A stretch of DNA of 64,000 nucleotides from Eledone cirrhosa. Lineage: Eukaryota. Of the stretch, positions 1-10,841 are shown in pieces. The stretch is taken from assembly GCA_964016885.1 (NCBI GenBank), contig OZ024741.1, forward strand, positions 155,992,001 through 156,056,000. The letters run 5' to 3'. How positions within the stretch are numbered: position 1 is the first letter of the stretch; each line of letters opens with the position of its first letter. The notes under the pieces are model-generated. The model was not told the origin of the DNA. It saw nothing but the letters and a program-made list of their open reading frames with translations, and ran no database searches. The position numbers and the translations under genes are program-made.

Positions 1-1774
1 AAGCTTTCGACTGATCTAAATTGATCAAGGACCCACCCGTGCCAGGTTCCCTAGCTACCCTCTCTACGATGTATCGCATGAGGTGGAGGTTGTCGTGGAT
101 GGATCTGTCGGGAATGGCGCATGTCTGCGCCTCTCCCACCAGACCACCAACGACAAGCGCCAACCTCTTTGCTAGCACCTTGGCCAAAATCTTAAACTCT
201 GTGTTTAGCAGAGTTATGGGCCGGAAATTTTCTATGTTATCCCCCTTGTTCGGATCCTTTCTCAGCAGTGCCACCGCTCCTCGGCTCACAGAACTGGGAA
301 TTCTCCCGTTCTGTTGCCAGTTGCAGTAGACGTCCGCCAAGAGGCCTCCGAACAAGTCTGGCATCTGTACGTAAAGTTCATAGGGCAGACCATCCAAACC
401 AGGCGATTTACCCCTTGTGCAGCCAGTCATTGCCTCCCGTACTTCAGCGGCTGTTATCGGCTTTTCGCAACACTTCGCCTCAGTGGCCGAGAGCCGCGGC
501 AGTCCGTCGAGGTAGACACTAAAGTCCATCCCTCTACCCGGCCCCCCGCTGCCCCCGAACAGCTGAGCGAAGTGTCGCTGAAAAGCTTCACACATTTGCC
601 CGGGATCGAGTAGCATGCGCCCGTCGTGGTCCACCAAAGACCGGATCGTGGCTTTGTTGCCACGACGCGCCTCCGCCACTCGGGCCCATTGAACGGCTTT
701 CGTCCCCTCGTGTCTGAGAGCACGCACCCTAGCTCTGACAACGCAGCCTTCGTGCTTTGCATTGAAGAATTGGTCAAGGGCTAATTTCGCCGCAAGCACG
801 TCGGTCGCAATGCCTTTGCTAAGCGCCTCGTCTAATTTTCTAACTAGTTCTCCCTCTGCTCTATTTTTCTCTATTGCTAAAGCCTTGCTAAACCTAATCG
901 ATTCTATTCTAATCGCTCTTTTCAGAGCAAACCACCACTTGTTGTTGACGATGGCCCCCGTCAACGCCCGCTTAACTAGTTCGCTAATCCGGTCTCTGTA
1001 GGCCTTGCGCGCTGGTAAGGACGCGTTTAGCTTCCAGTAGCCGGGTCCTCGTCTATGAAGCCTATCTAAGTCAAGCACACAGATCACGAATTTGTGGTCC
1101 GTGTAGCTGACTATCTTGAATTGTGGACAGCCTATACTAGACCTATCTATTTCCCTACAAAATACTCTATCTAGATATGATCTGGATGACCCTATGCGGT
1201 TTGTCCAAGTCCACATTGGCACATTCGGGAAATCCAATCGGTACCTGTCAGACAGTTCAAAACGCCTGAGCAGGTTGGTGAGGCTCTTGCACCCTCCACC
1301 CCTATCCGCTAATCCCACACAGTCCCAGCGTGCATCTAAGATCCCGTTCCAGTCGCCCACTAACACTAAAGAGCGGGACGTTCCAAGAAAGGTCTCCAGA
1401 CGCCGGAAGAAATCAGACCGCCCTGCTCCTGTCGGGGCATAGACGGCCACTAGCCTGAAAGCTTGCCCGTCTCCGCTGGTCACGTCCAGCACCACCAGCT
1501 TACCCTCTGGGTCCAGGAAGATGGCCCGTATGGCGAGATCCAAACCTCTCCGAAAAAGCACAGCAACTCCTCCACCCGATCCAGGACGGCTGGGAGATGC
1601 GTACACATCGTAGCCGCCGAAGATCGGTGCGAAGGCCCGTGCTTCGGAGATTCTGGTCTCGCTGATGGCCACTACATCTATGTTTAGTGACCTGAGGTCG
1701 TTGAGCAGGTGACCCTGCTTCCATGACGACCCCAAGCCACGCGCATTTATGCTGCCTATTCTGAGTGAGGTCAT
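1..1774 (-). CDS. LINE ORF2 N-terminal part (APE endonuclease plus start of RT), continues beyond window edge
   Basis: ATG at 1774 matches the copy-2 ORF2 start at 28622 (MTSLRIGSINARGL, SETR, VYAP, GDWN, YLDR, TDH, NFRPITLLN). Absent from the ORF track, presumably because no stop lies inside the window. Confidence 0.85.
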   Translation of the reverse strand, partial: MTSLRIGSINARGLGSSWKQGHLLNDLRSLNIDVVAISETRISEARAFAPIFGGYDVYASPSRPGSGGGVAVLFRRGLDLAIRAIFLDPEGKLVVLDVTSGDGQAFRLVAVYAPTGAGRSDFFRRLETFLGTSRSLVLVGDWNGILDARWDCVGLADRGGGCKSLTNLLRRFELSDRYRLDFPNVPMWTWTNRIGSSRSYLDRVFCREIDRSSIGCPQFKIVSYTDHKFVICVLDLDRLHRRGPGYWKLNASLPARKAYRDRISELVKRALTGAIVNNKWWFALKRAIRIESIRFSKALAIEKNRAEGELVRKLDEALSKGIATDVLAAKLALDQFFNAKHEGCVVRARVRALRHEGTKAVQWARVAEARRGNKATIRSLVDHDGRMLLDPGQMCEAFQRHFAQLFGGSGGPGRGMDFSVYLDGLPRLSATEAKCCEKPITAAEVREAMTGCTRGKSPGLDGLPYELYVQMPDLFGGLLADVYCNWQQNGRIPSSVSRGAVALLRKDPNKGDNIENFRPITLLNTEFKILAKVLAKRLALVVGGLVGEAQTCAIPDRSIHDNLHLMRYIVERVAREPGTGGSLINLDQSKA

Positions 1775-1809
1775 GTTTAAAATAGAGTGGAAAAGATGGG
1801 AAAGACCAC

Positions 1810-3909
1810 TTACCGTACTTTTGGTAGAGGAGGGATGGTTTTTACATCCCTTTTCACTTGATCGTCTGGTGAAGGGACCGTTGAATCGTCCCTTCGGCTG
1901 GTCGTCGGCTCTTCTAAGAGAATGTCTGAGTATACTCTTCGATTGATGGTTCCTCCTAGGTCCCTGAAATCACCAACTGCGTTGGGGAATTTCGTTTTAA
2001 TGTTTGTGTATTGTTTCTGTGCTATTTTTAGCAGTCTTATGTTAGTTGGCGTTTTGATTGGTGCTGGTATTATGTAGTCCTGTTGTGAAATGTCTGTGTG
2101 TTCAATTATGTAAGTCATTAGTTTCTTGTTGTGTGTATTTATTGCCGTGCATTTGTTTTTCTGGGGGTGGGGTGTGGTTCTACTATTTTCTTGTCGTTGT
2201 TGCTGGGTGTGTGTGTTTTGTTGTTGTGTTTGCGATGTTGGTGCTTGTGGTGGTGGTGTTGAAGGTGTTGTTGGCGGTGGGGTTGTCGCCGGTGGTGATG
2301 GTGGCGCTAGTGTGGGTGGTGATGGTGTTGGTGTTGTTGCTGCTGTGGGTCTCTTTGCAGTAGACTTTACCCTTTTCTCATTTCTTTCCTCACTTTTCAA
2401 AGGCGACGATGCGCTGCTTCTGCGTTTGTGCCTTCTTACGACCTTTTGCCATCTCTCTCCCACCTCACACTCCATGTCTGATTCTGTGAGGTCGGGGAGG
2501 GGTACCAACTCCACTCTTTCACTTGTTGTTGTTGGTGATGTTTGCACTGGAGTCTCTGTTGCAGCTGCATTTGGTATTGCTGTTGTTGTTGTTAGTATTT
2601 CCACTGCTGCTGCTGCTTTTGATTTCCGTGGAGTGGGTATGGGTGCCACGGGCCTATCGTTCCTGGTTGCCGCTTGTCCTGTTGCTGGTAGCCGTGGAGC
2701 CGGATTCGGAAGGAGGGGGGTTTTCTCCTTTCTCAGGGTCTTCTCGTTGCAGAAGGCCCTGAGGTGAGTCTTCGATCCACAGCGAAAGCATTTCGGGCGT
2801 TTGCCCTCAACACTTATGGGCAGTTGAGTGCCGTTATCGAAGTCTATCACATCCGGGATAGCTTCGATGCACTCCTGGTTGGTTTGGATTAGCATCTCAA
2901 TGGAGGAGCCGACCCAATCTTCTCTTACTTTTTTCTGTACTTGCAGTACAGTTGTTTTGTCCTCGATTCCGACGAGGACAGACGCGGCCAGCCAAGAAGG
3001 GGTCATTCCGGGGGGGACGTGGGTCAGTTTGACCCTCACAATTTTTTGCCCACAGTAGGAGGGCACCAACACCATTTCCTCGCTCCTTAGGGTCACTACT
3101 GATTGGGCCTTTGCCTCCTGGGGTGTGGCAAAAAGTACGTCTACGGTGGCATATTTTTTGCCTCGGGTGATGTGCGTTTTCCGCTGCCACACAGACCCCA
3201 AGGCTTTTTGTATTTGGGCCTCTGTGGCTCTTTCCACCCTACGGGATTTTGTACTTACTGTACGGTACGTGACCGTACAGTGCTCTTGGGTTTCGAAAAA
3301 ATTTTTCGCTGCCTTGCAGATTGCTCGGTGTCCGTTCTTTGTCACCATCTTCTTCGCTTCCTCTAATTCCTCATTTGTTATGAGGATTGTTTCCAAGTTT
3401 TTCGCAATACCTGCAAATGAGATTGGTTTTTCTCTGCTGTTGTTGTTGTCGTCAGAGCTGCTGGTACTTTTGTTGTTGCTGCAGGTACTACGACTACTGC
3501 CTCCGCCGCTGTTGCTGTGGTTGTTGTTGTTGGTGTTGCTGCTGCTAATGCTATTGTTGTTTATGCTGCTGGTGATGCTGTTGCGGCTGCTACTGTTGTT
3601 TTCATTGTCACTGTTGCTGTTGTTATTACGGCTGCTACTGCTATTATTCCTGACGTCAGACGAATGAACTGGGTTTTCGTATTTCCCGCACACCTGTTTC
3701 GTCGCTGTCGTCGTCGTCGTGGAGAAACCTTGCACGCTTTGCACGAGACTTTTCTTTTCTTTCGTCACTTGCGAAAGAGAAGGGAGGGAGAGAGACACAT
3801 TTAAAGAAGGGAGGGAGAGAGACAATCTTCTCTCTGCTGTAGTGATGATTGAGGAAGAAGAAGACGGAATGAGTGGGAGTGACGTATGAAATTTCTTTTT
3901 GGTAGCCAT
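1810..3909 (-). CDS. LINE ORF1, gag-like nucleic-acid-binding protein
   Basis: Open frame 1810..3942 with likely ATG at 3909 (MATKK). Contains CFRCGSKTHLRAFC (CX2CX4HX4C knuckle), an Asn/Ser low-complexity block and a Pro/Thr-rich tail. Ends 35 nt upstream of ORF2. Confidence 0.88.
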   Translation of the reverse strand: MATKKKFHTSLPLIPSSSSSIITTAERRLSLSLPSLNVSLSLPSLSQVTKEKKSLVQSVQGFSTTTTTATKQVCGKYENPVHSSDVRNNSSSSRNNNSNSDNENNSSSRNSITSSINNNSISSSNTNNNNHSNSGGGSSRSTCSNNKSTSSSDDNNNSREKPISFAGIAKNLETILITNEELEEAKKMVTKNGHRAICKAAKNFFETQEHCTVTYRTVSTKSRRVERATEAQIQKALGSVWQRKTHITRGKKYATVDVLFATPQEAKAQSVVTLRSEEMVLVPSYCGQKIVRVKLTHVPPGMTPSWLAASVLVGIEDKTTVLQVQKKVREDWVGSSIEMLIQTNQECIEAIPDVIDFDNGTQLPISVEGKRPKCFRCGSKTHLRAFCNEKTLRKEKTPLLPNPAPRLPATGQAATRNDRPVAPIPTPRKSKAAAAVEILTTTTAIPNAAATETPVQTSPTTTSERVELVPLPDLTESDMECEVGERWQKVVRRHKRRSSASSPLKSEERNEKRVKSTAKRPTAATTPTPSPPTLAPPSPPATTPPPTTPSTPPPQAPTSQTQQQNTHTQQQRQENSRTTPHPQKNKCTAINTHNKKLMTYIIEHTDISQQDYIIPAPIKTPTNIRLLKIAQKQYTNIKTKFPNAVGDFRDLGGTINRRVYSDILLEEPTTSRRDDSTVPSPDDQVKRDVKTIPPLPKVR

Positions 3910-4632
3910 GTTTTTTTGTTTAAAATGAAATTTTGGGTACAAAACCCCAATAACTGGTTATTTAACCCCGAAGGGCCAAATAACGGACAGAAAGACCCCT
4001 CTCACGAGGAGGAGGGTGTCTTTATCAACAATTTGGTTCAAGTTTTAAACAATTTACAATTGTTTTAACGGTTAAAAATTACTATACCTTACAGAGCCGA
4101 GCCTCCGTCAACCATGGCATTCAATAATAATAATAATAATAATGATAATAACAAGAATAATTAGAACACAATGAAACAGAAACAAAAGGATGCAACGCAA
4201 AGCAAAACAAATGCGAACAAAATGAATCAAAGGTAATAAAAACAGGCAAAATCTAATTTGCAAAAATGATTTCCCTGCTAAAATGTGTAGGAGTTGTAAT
4301 ATTAAATCAAATAGTAGTAGTCGTTGAAACTGTAAGTAAAAGAATCATGAGAGGAGAGGATGGAGAGGAAAAGATAATGTTAAAGAATATGATGTTAATG
4401 AATAAATTCTATTGTTTTTCTACATATTTTACTTTGACCGTGGTTACAAGAAAACTGATGTAGATGTCAGCGAAATAGAGTGTAGTTTACCAAAATTATG
4501 TTGCCGGTTTTGGTTCAAATATGCACATAGAATGTGAGGGAATTGAAAACATTCTGTTCATGAAGCTAAACAAAGTTGACTCAAAAAATATTGCGGTAGT
4601 ATGGTAATATATAGGAAGATTAGATTTAAAAG

Positions 4633-4788
4633 TCACACACACAGACACACAGACACATAGACACACACACACACAGGCGCTCGCAGCGCATTGAAGAATC
4701 TACTGTGCTTGACTTTAATGTTTATTATAAATGATTTTTCATATTTCTTTCTATTTTGTTTACACATACATGCGCGTGCCCCCCCCCC

Positions 4789-4832
<44 letters not shown>

Positions 4833-4877
4833 ATGTGTGTGAGTGTGTGCGTATGTGTGTGAATGTGTATGTGTCTG

Positions 4878-4916
<39 letters not shown>

Positions 4917-5089
4917 TGACAATGATATCATACGTGTTGATATTCACTACTATGTTATTATTAGTTAGGTAACTAAACTATTCTTCGGTTAGTTTATTAA
5001 GCGGATAGTTATTTAGTTGACATATTCGATTGTGAAAGCTATTTTGTCTCACCCCCCTGTGACCTTGTTCCACACTCACGTTCTCTCTC

Positions 5090-5124
<35 letters not shown>

Positions 5125-5345
5125 CTCTCTTTCTCTCTCTCTTTCGCTATATATATATAAATATAGTGTGTGTGTGTATATGTGTATGTATATATGTGTG
5201 TATATGTATATATATATATGTGTATGTATAAATATGTGTATATATATGTGTATGTATATATATAAATATGTGAATATATATGTATATATATGTGTGTATG
5301 TATATGTGTATATATATATGTGCATGTATATATTAATATATATAT
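4633..5345. repeat. Compound microsatellites (CA)n, (TA)n, (TG)n, (CT)n
   Basis: Directly visible dinucleotide tracts. Confidence 0.9.
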
Positions 5346-5599
5346 ATTTTTTTTTTCACACGAATTTATTTATCATATATTTACACGAACGCACACGCAC
5401 AAACTTACACATATATTCCTTATATTCAATCGACAAGACTCTAGACCTCCTTCACTTACTGAAGAAGGTGGAACTCGTCAAATCGAACCAAAAAAACAAT
5501 CTTTCCATTTGTATTTTCATGGCTGATACTGCAACTCCTGGGAGAAAGAGGAATATGAAAAACAATGTCTTGCATGAGGACGTAATGCATCGGGAATCG

Positions 5600-5675
5600 A
5601 ACGTAATGCCAGGGAATCGAACTCACAATCTCACGATTGCGAATTCAATTCTCTAACAACTAAGGCATACACCTA
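5600..5675 (-). mobile_element. tRNA-derived SINE head fragment
   Basis: Reverse complement reads ...cttagttgttaga...gtgagttcgattccc, with A-box and B-box-like spacing. Confidence 0.5.
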
Positions 5676-6646
5676 CACGTTCCTCATATTACATACATGT
5701 ATTGTAGTCTCATATATCCTTGCTGTATAATTTTTGGGGGTTTCTTTCTTTTTTGTGTATGCGTGAATATTTGATTGTAGGTCATTGTTTCAGTTTAAGT
5801 TTTTACATAATTTAAGCATCTAAAAAAGGAATTTTTTAAAATTTTACATTCAGTATGGCGTGTTGAAATAGCTAGGTGAGACCGGCAACCATATTACTTA
5901 TACAACGAATTTATTATTTTAATGTATTTTGAAGTATATAATAAACGAAATCTAAAATTTAAAAAAATGTTTAAATGACGTTTCTACCTCATTGATAATG
6001 CGAATGAAAATATAGTTTCTCATATATTCACTTTTCTATATTTTTTGAAAAAAGTAAATGTTCAATTATATATAACATTTTTTTTGTCCTTTGGATATAT
6101 ATATACAAAAAAAAATAGTTGTAGACATTGATTTATATATAAGCAATGAGACACAAGGAGAACAATATATATATATACAAATATAATTCAGCGAGAATCG
6201 TATTTCTGCCGATATAAAAAGCGAAACGAAACGCAAAATCGTAGAAATGCTGGCATGAGCTCAATAGTTAAGAAAACTAGAGCTAAACAATATGTTAAAA
6301 CGCCATACAAACTGCAAAAGTGGTTAAGAAGGCATTAACTACCTAAGCCAAAAAACAAATCAAGCTAATCAGGTCAAACAAAATAAATGATAAAAACCTG
6401 CCTAAATCAAAAATACTGTCTGCTTAAAACTATAAGCTTTCAGCATAAAGATCGAACAAGGAATATCACGTTGTCAACAGGTAATTTTGCTCTGTAACCA
6501 ACTTTGCAGGTGACGCAGAACTTTGTAAACGCACATGCGTAAGTCACAAGGGGAAATTCCCCATATTTTGGCAAATGAATTCAGTATGTGTATATCATAC
6601 AGAAAATTGCATATATATATATATATGCAATATAAAATTGCATATA

Positions 6647-6689
<43 letters not shown>

Positions 6690-6854
6690 GGAAAAAATGA
6701 AACGAAATTTCATTTCTCATACATTATACATACTTATATATATATATTAGTAAAAAGGAAAAGAATATGCTGACAAATATTTCCCAGTGAAAAATAGTTT
6801 AATTGGGTATAAATATAAATTAGTAATAAGTATTAGTTAGTGTTCAGTTTTAGT

Positions 6855-7026
6855 TTTAAGTTTTTACCGGTTGCGCATTTCTTATGCTTTTCAAAAATAA
6901 TTTTGAGATAGAGAGCCCGTGATTTTTTCTCTAATCTCTAATCTTAGAGCAAAAATCACGAACACTCGATCTCGAAATTATTTTTGAAAAGCATAAGAAA
7001 TGCGTAACCACCGGTAAAATCTTAAA
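6855..7026. repeat. ~170-bp imperfect palindrome next to (TA)n
   Basis: accggttgcgcatttcttatgcttttcaaaaataatttt... is mirrored by ...aaattatttttgaaaagcataagaaatgcgtaaccaccggt. Confidence 0.85.
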
Positions 7027-7032
7027 TATATA

Positions 7033-7101
<69 letters not shown>

Positions 7102-7314
7102 CGTTTCTGAATTTGTTTAGCAAGATTCTTTATCTGAAATCGTGTGTTGAAACCGATATTGTTATACTTTGGGAGGGTCATGTTGCCAATAAGAAACACA
7201 CGCACCAGTTGCTTTCACTTCAATTTAATTTATTATATATTTATAAATTTACAAATTTATAAATTTCTGGTTGGTTGGTTGGTTCCACAACCAGATAGTT
7301 GTTTATATATATAT

Positions 7315-7359
7315 AGTCATAGTTCTTTCGTCACACACTCTGTGACCTCTTCAGTGACT
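7315..7359 (-). ncRNA. Minimal type I hammerhead ribozyme in PLE pseudo-LTR (inverted arm)
   Basis: Reverse complement of the motif at 10618-10662. Confidence 0.75.
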
Positions 7360-8103
7360 GGGGATTTCTTTCTTCGTTTCTGTGCCTTTCCTTTCTTCTA
7401 TCCTACGCCATTTTGTTTGTGTGTGGGTTGCGTGCTCAGTTTGCGCATGCCCCACATCCGGGTGTCTGTGTGTGTTTGTGTTCATTTTTCTATTTTTCTA
7501 TTTATATTTGTTTGTTTATTTATTTATTTATTGTTGGTTGGTTGTTTGTTCTATGTGTGTGTGTGTTTTCATTTTGTCTTGTGTGTGTTTTCATTTTGTG
7601 TGTGTTTTCAATTGTAAGTTGTTTGTTCTATGTGTGTGTGTGTTTTCATTTTGTCCTTAATTGTAAGTTGTGATGTTGCTGTTCCACTCATATTTTCTAT
7701 TTAATTTTGGTTTTAATTCTTTTATGCTTACTGCCTCTGTAATTTGCCTAAACATTGCGTCTTTCTTGTGTGTGGATTCTATTTTTATTTCTATGCTCTC
7801 TAATTTACCCCTGTGTTCTATCTTAGCATGTTGGTAGAGCACAGATGATTCTTTACTATCTTGGAGGTCTCGCCAGTGTTCATTTATTCGTTCCCCTATA
7901 CTACGAGCTGTCTCACCTATGTACACTATATTTTTGTTTCTACATTGTCCTTCAGTACATCTTATGCTATATACTACATTTCTAGTTTTACAGTTAATAT
8001 GGGGGCTTATTTTACAGGTTATACATTTCTTATCTATACATGAGGGTCTTTGGAACGGGTATGTCTTGCTAATAAGTGTTTTTACGGAGGTACCAGGTCT
8101 TTC

Positions 8104-10320
8104 TATAGCAAGAAGCATAATAGAATAGAGGCCCAGCAACTGGGAGAAGAATCTGCAAATGGCTTGCGTAAGCTCATGCAGCGCTCGCGTAATGGAGAGA
8201 TAGCATGTTTTCCAACAGACAAGTCTGGCAGAATGTCGGTTGACAGCCTGCCAAACTACATCCAGGCAATGCAACCCCACATCACTAACACAAGAGAGGT
8301 AACACCACAGGAGCATGAGGATAGAGAAAAAACCCTCAATGCCCATATGGTGATGTGGACAAATATAATGCAGCCCAACAAAAGGACTGCCAACAACTTC
8401 CAGGCCTGGAACAATGACGTGCCGGCGTTGTATGGGCTTCGAAAAGACCATAAAACGGGCTGGGACCCTGTCGCGGGACCACCAACACGGCCAGTCTGTG
8501 GGGCTAACATTGCTAGTAACTACAGACTGTCCTACTTCCTCTCCCTGATCATACGCCCCATCATTGAGATGTCCCCAGATGTGTGTGACAGCACGGAGGA
8601 CCTCCTCAGCAGAATCGGCGCGGGTAACCGATCTGGGGACCTAACAAACTGCATAATAGGCAGTATGGATGTTGTGTCCCTGTATCCATCTATTGGCGTG
8701 GAATTTGCTGTGGAGAAATGCGTCGAAATGGTCAGCGAGAGCAAGGTTGAGTTCCGTGGGATTGATACCAGTGAGCTGGGACTTCTACTTAAGCTTACCC
8801 ATAGTAATAGTTACCTAGACACTTACGACCTTAGCAACCTGTGCCCTACAAGACCAGCAAGAGGCAGACCACCTACCATTACCTCAATGGCCAAGAAAAC
8901 CCACACAGATAGATGGAACGGGTGGACCAGAGCCATACGGACACCCGAAAACCACGATGCACTGAAGAAAATGATTGCACATGCGGTAGGGGCCAGCATA
9001 AAATTAACCCTTAAGGAACATATGTTCAAATTTAATGGTAAAACATATGCCCAAGAGGAAGGAGCAGCCATTGGTGTTAGCATTGCAGGCGACATAGCTA
9101 ACTTATTCATGGTATCGTGGGACAGTAGACTTAAACAAAAACTTAATGAACAATTAGAAGACAGCTTAACCCTGATAATGTACTCCCGCTACGTAGATGA
9201 TATAAACATCGTAGTTAAGACACCCCCACTAAAGAACAGTCAGGAACCAGAGAAAAACACAATGGAAAGCATCCAGCAAATAGCAAACTCCATCCACCAG
9301 AGCATTAGAGTTACTATAGACTACCCAAGTAGACACCCCAACCATCGATTACCTGTACTAGACACAGAGCTCTGGTTAGATACTATTAACAACCAAAAAC
9401 AAATCCTCCATTCCCATTATGCCAAACCCATGACTTCCAAACATCTGATCCACCGAAACTCGGCCATTTCGGACCATACAAAAATCAACATACTGATTGC
9501 GGATTTGGTACGGGTGATGAGAAATGTGTCCCGCATGTGCAACCCCGAAGAACTAGAGAGACACATACAACACTTCATCCACCGTATGCAGTTCTCTGGC
9601 TACAATCAGAGAGATAGAATCAGAGTGTATAAAGGAGCCAGAACCAAATGGGAAAAAATGGTAAATAATGACATAAATGGGACCTGCCCCTTGTATAGGA
9701 GCAAATTTTGGAATAGAATAGAAAGAACTAAGAACAAGGCCAATAGAATAAACTCATGGTATGATAGCAATAAATACCAGAGTGTAATGTTCATCAATAC
9801 AACCCCTAGAGGCGAACTAGCCTACAAATTTAGAAGGGCCCTAAAGAAACATAATCTCAATATTAAGATAGTAGAAAGACCTGGTACCTCCGTAAAAACA
9901 CTTATTAGCAAGACATACCCGTTCCAAAGACCCTCATGTATAGATAAGAAATGTATAACCTGTAAAATAAGCCCCCATATTAACTGTAAAACTAGAAATG
10001 TAGTATATAGCATAAGATGTACTGAAGGACAATGTAGAAACAAAAATATAGTGTACATAGGTGAGACAGCTCGTAGTATAGGGGAACGAATAAATGAACA
10101 CTGGTGAGACCTCCAAGATAGTAAAGAATCATCTGTGCTCTACCAACATGCTAAGATAGAACACAGGGGTAAATTAGAGAGCATAGAAATAAAAATAGAA
10201 TCCACACACAAGAAAGACGCAATGTTTAGGCAAATTACAGAGGCAGTAAGCATAAAAGAATTAAAACCAAAATTAAATAGAAAATATGAGTGGAACAGCA
10301 ACATCACAACTTACAATTAA
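8104..10320 (+). pseudogene. PLE RT + GIY-YIG endonuclease ORF, 5'-truncated, one in-frame TGA at 10105-10107
   Basis: RT motifs TDKSG, LRKDHK, RPVCGA, DVVSLYPSI, RYVDD, LPVLD. EN motifs VVYSIRC...YIGETAR...RINEH. The ORFs at 8050 and 10135 share one frame. Confidence 0.92.
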
Positions 10321-10617
10321 GGACAAAATGAAAACACACACACACATAGAACAAACAACTTACAATTGAAAACACACACAAAATGAAAACACACACAAGA
10401 CAAAATGAAAACACACACACACATAGAACAAACAACCAACCAACAATAAATAAATAAATAAACAAACAAATATAAATAGAAAAATAGAAAAATGAACACA
10501 AACACACACAGACACCCGGATGTGGCGCATGCGCAAACTGAGCACGCAACCCACACACAAACAAAATGGCGTAGGATAGAAGAAAGGAAAGGCACAGAAA
10601 CGAAGAAAGAAATCCCC

Positions 10618-10662
10618 AGTCACTGAAGAGGTCACAGAGTGTGTGACGAAAGAACTATGACT
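10618..10662 (+). ncRNA. Minimal type I hammerhead ribozyme in PLE pseudo-LTR
   Basis: agtca-CTGAAGA-g-gtcaca(gagtg)tgtgac-GAAA-gaac-TA-tgact: stem I agtca/tgact, 6-bp stem II, rudimentary stem III. Confidence 0.75.
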
Positions 10663-10841
10663 ATATATATATAAACAACTATCTGGTTGTGGAACCAACC
10701 AACCAACCAGAAATTTATAAATTTGTAAATTTATAAATATATAATAAATTAAATTGAAGTGAAAGCAACTGGTGCGTGTGTTTCTTATTGGCAACATGAC
10801 CCTCCCAAAGTATAACAATATATATATATATATATATATAG

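Larger units (their letters stand above)
1..4122 (-). mobile_element. Tx1/L1-clade non-LTR retrotransposon, copy 1 (5' part; runs off window start)
   Basis: Colinear with 24961-30949 (offset 26848 over ORF2). Has ORF1 with a zinc knuckle and ORF2 with an APE endonuclease. The 5' end abuts an (AAT)n tract at 4123. Confidence 0.93.
7099..10821 (+). mobile_element. Penelope-like element (C-terminal GIY-YIG EN, possibly Nematis-like), 5'-truncated, with a 950-bp inverted terminal arm, in (TA)n
   Basis: 7156-8105 is the reverse complement of 9872-10821. A ~57-nt extension (7099-7155) is present on the left arm only. (TA)n lies on both sides. Encodes RT and GIY-YIG domains. Confidence 0.93.

Noticed and set aside
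21-3804. Plus-strand ORFs repeated at 26869-30664
   Set aside because: They are antisense shadows of the Tx1 ORFs, repeated only because the element is duplicated.
7657-8451. 264-aa minus-strand ORF with a GIY-YIG C-terminus as a stand-alone nuclease gene
   Set aside because: It is a chimera across the inversion junction at 8104-8105: antisense RT sequence fused to the duplicated EN. The start of ORF 8050 is likewise antisense-derived.
10105-10107. In-frame TGA in PLE ORFs (also 45268-45270) as selenocysteine recoding, as reported for some Naiad PLEs
   Set aside because: Each TGA replaces an Arg codon (CGA or AGA) that is intact in the sister copy, they are not at Cys positions, and they are not shared between copies.
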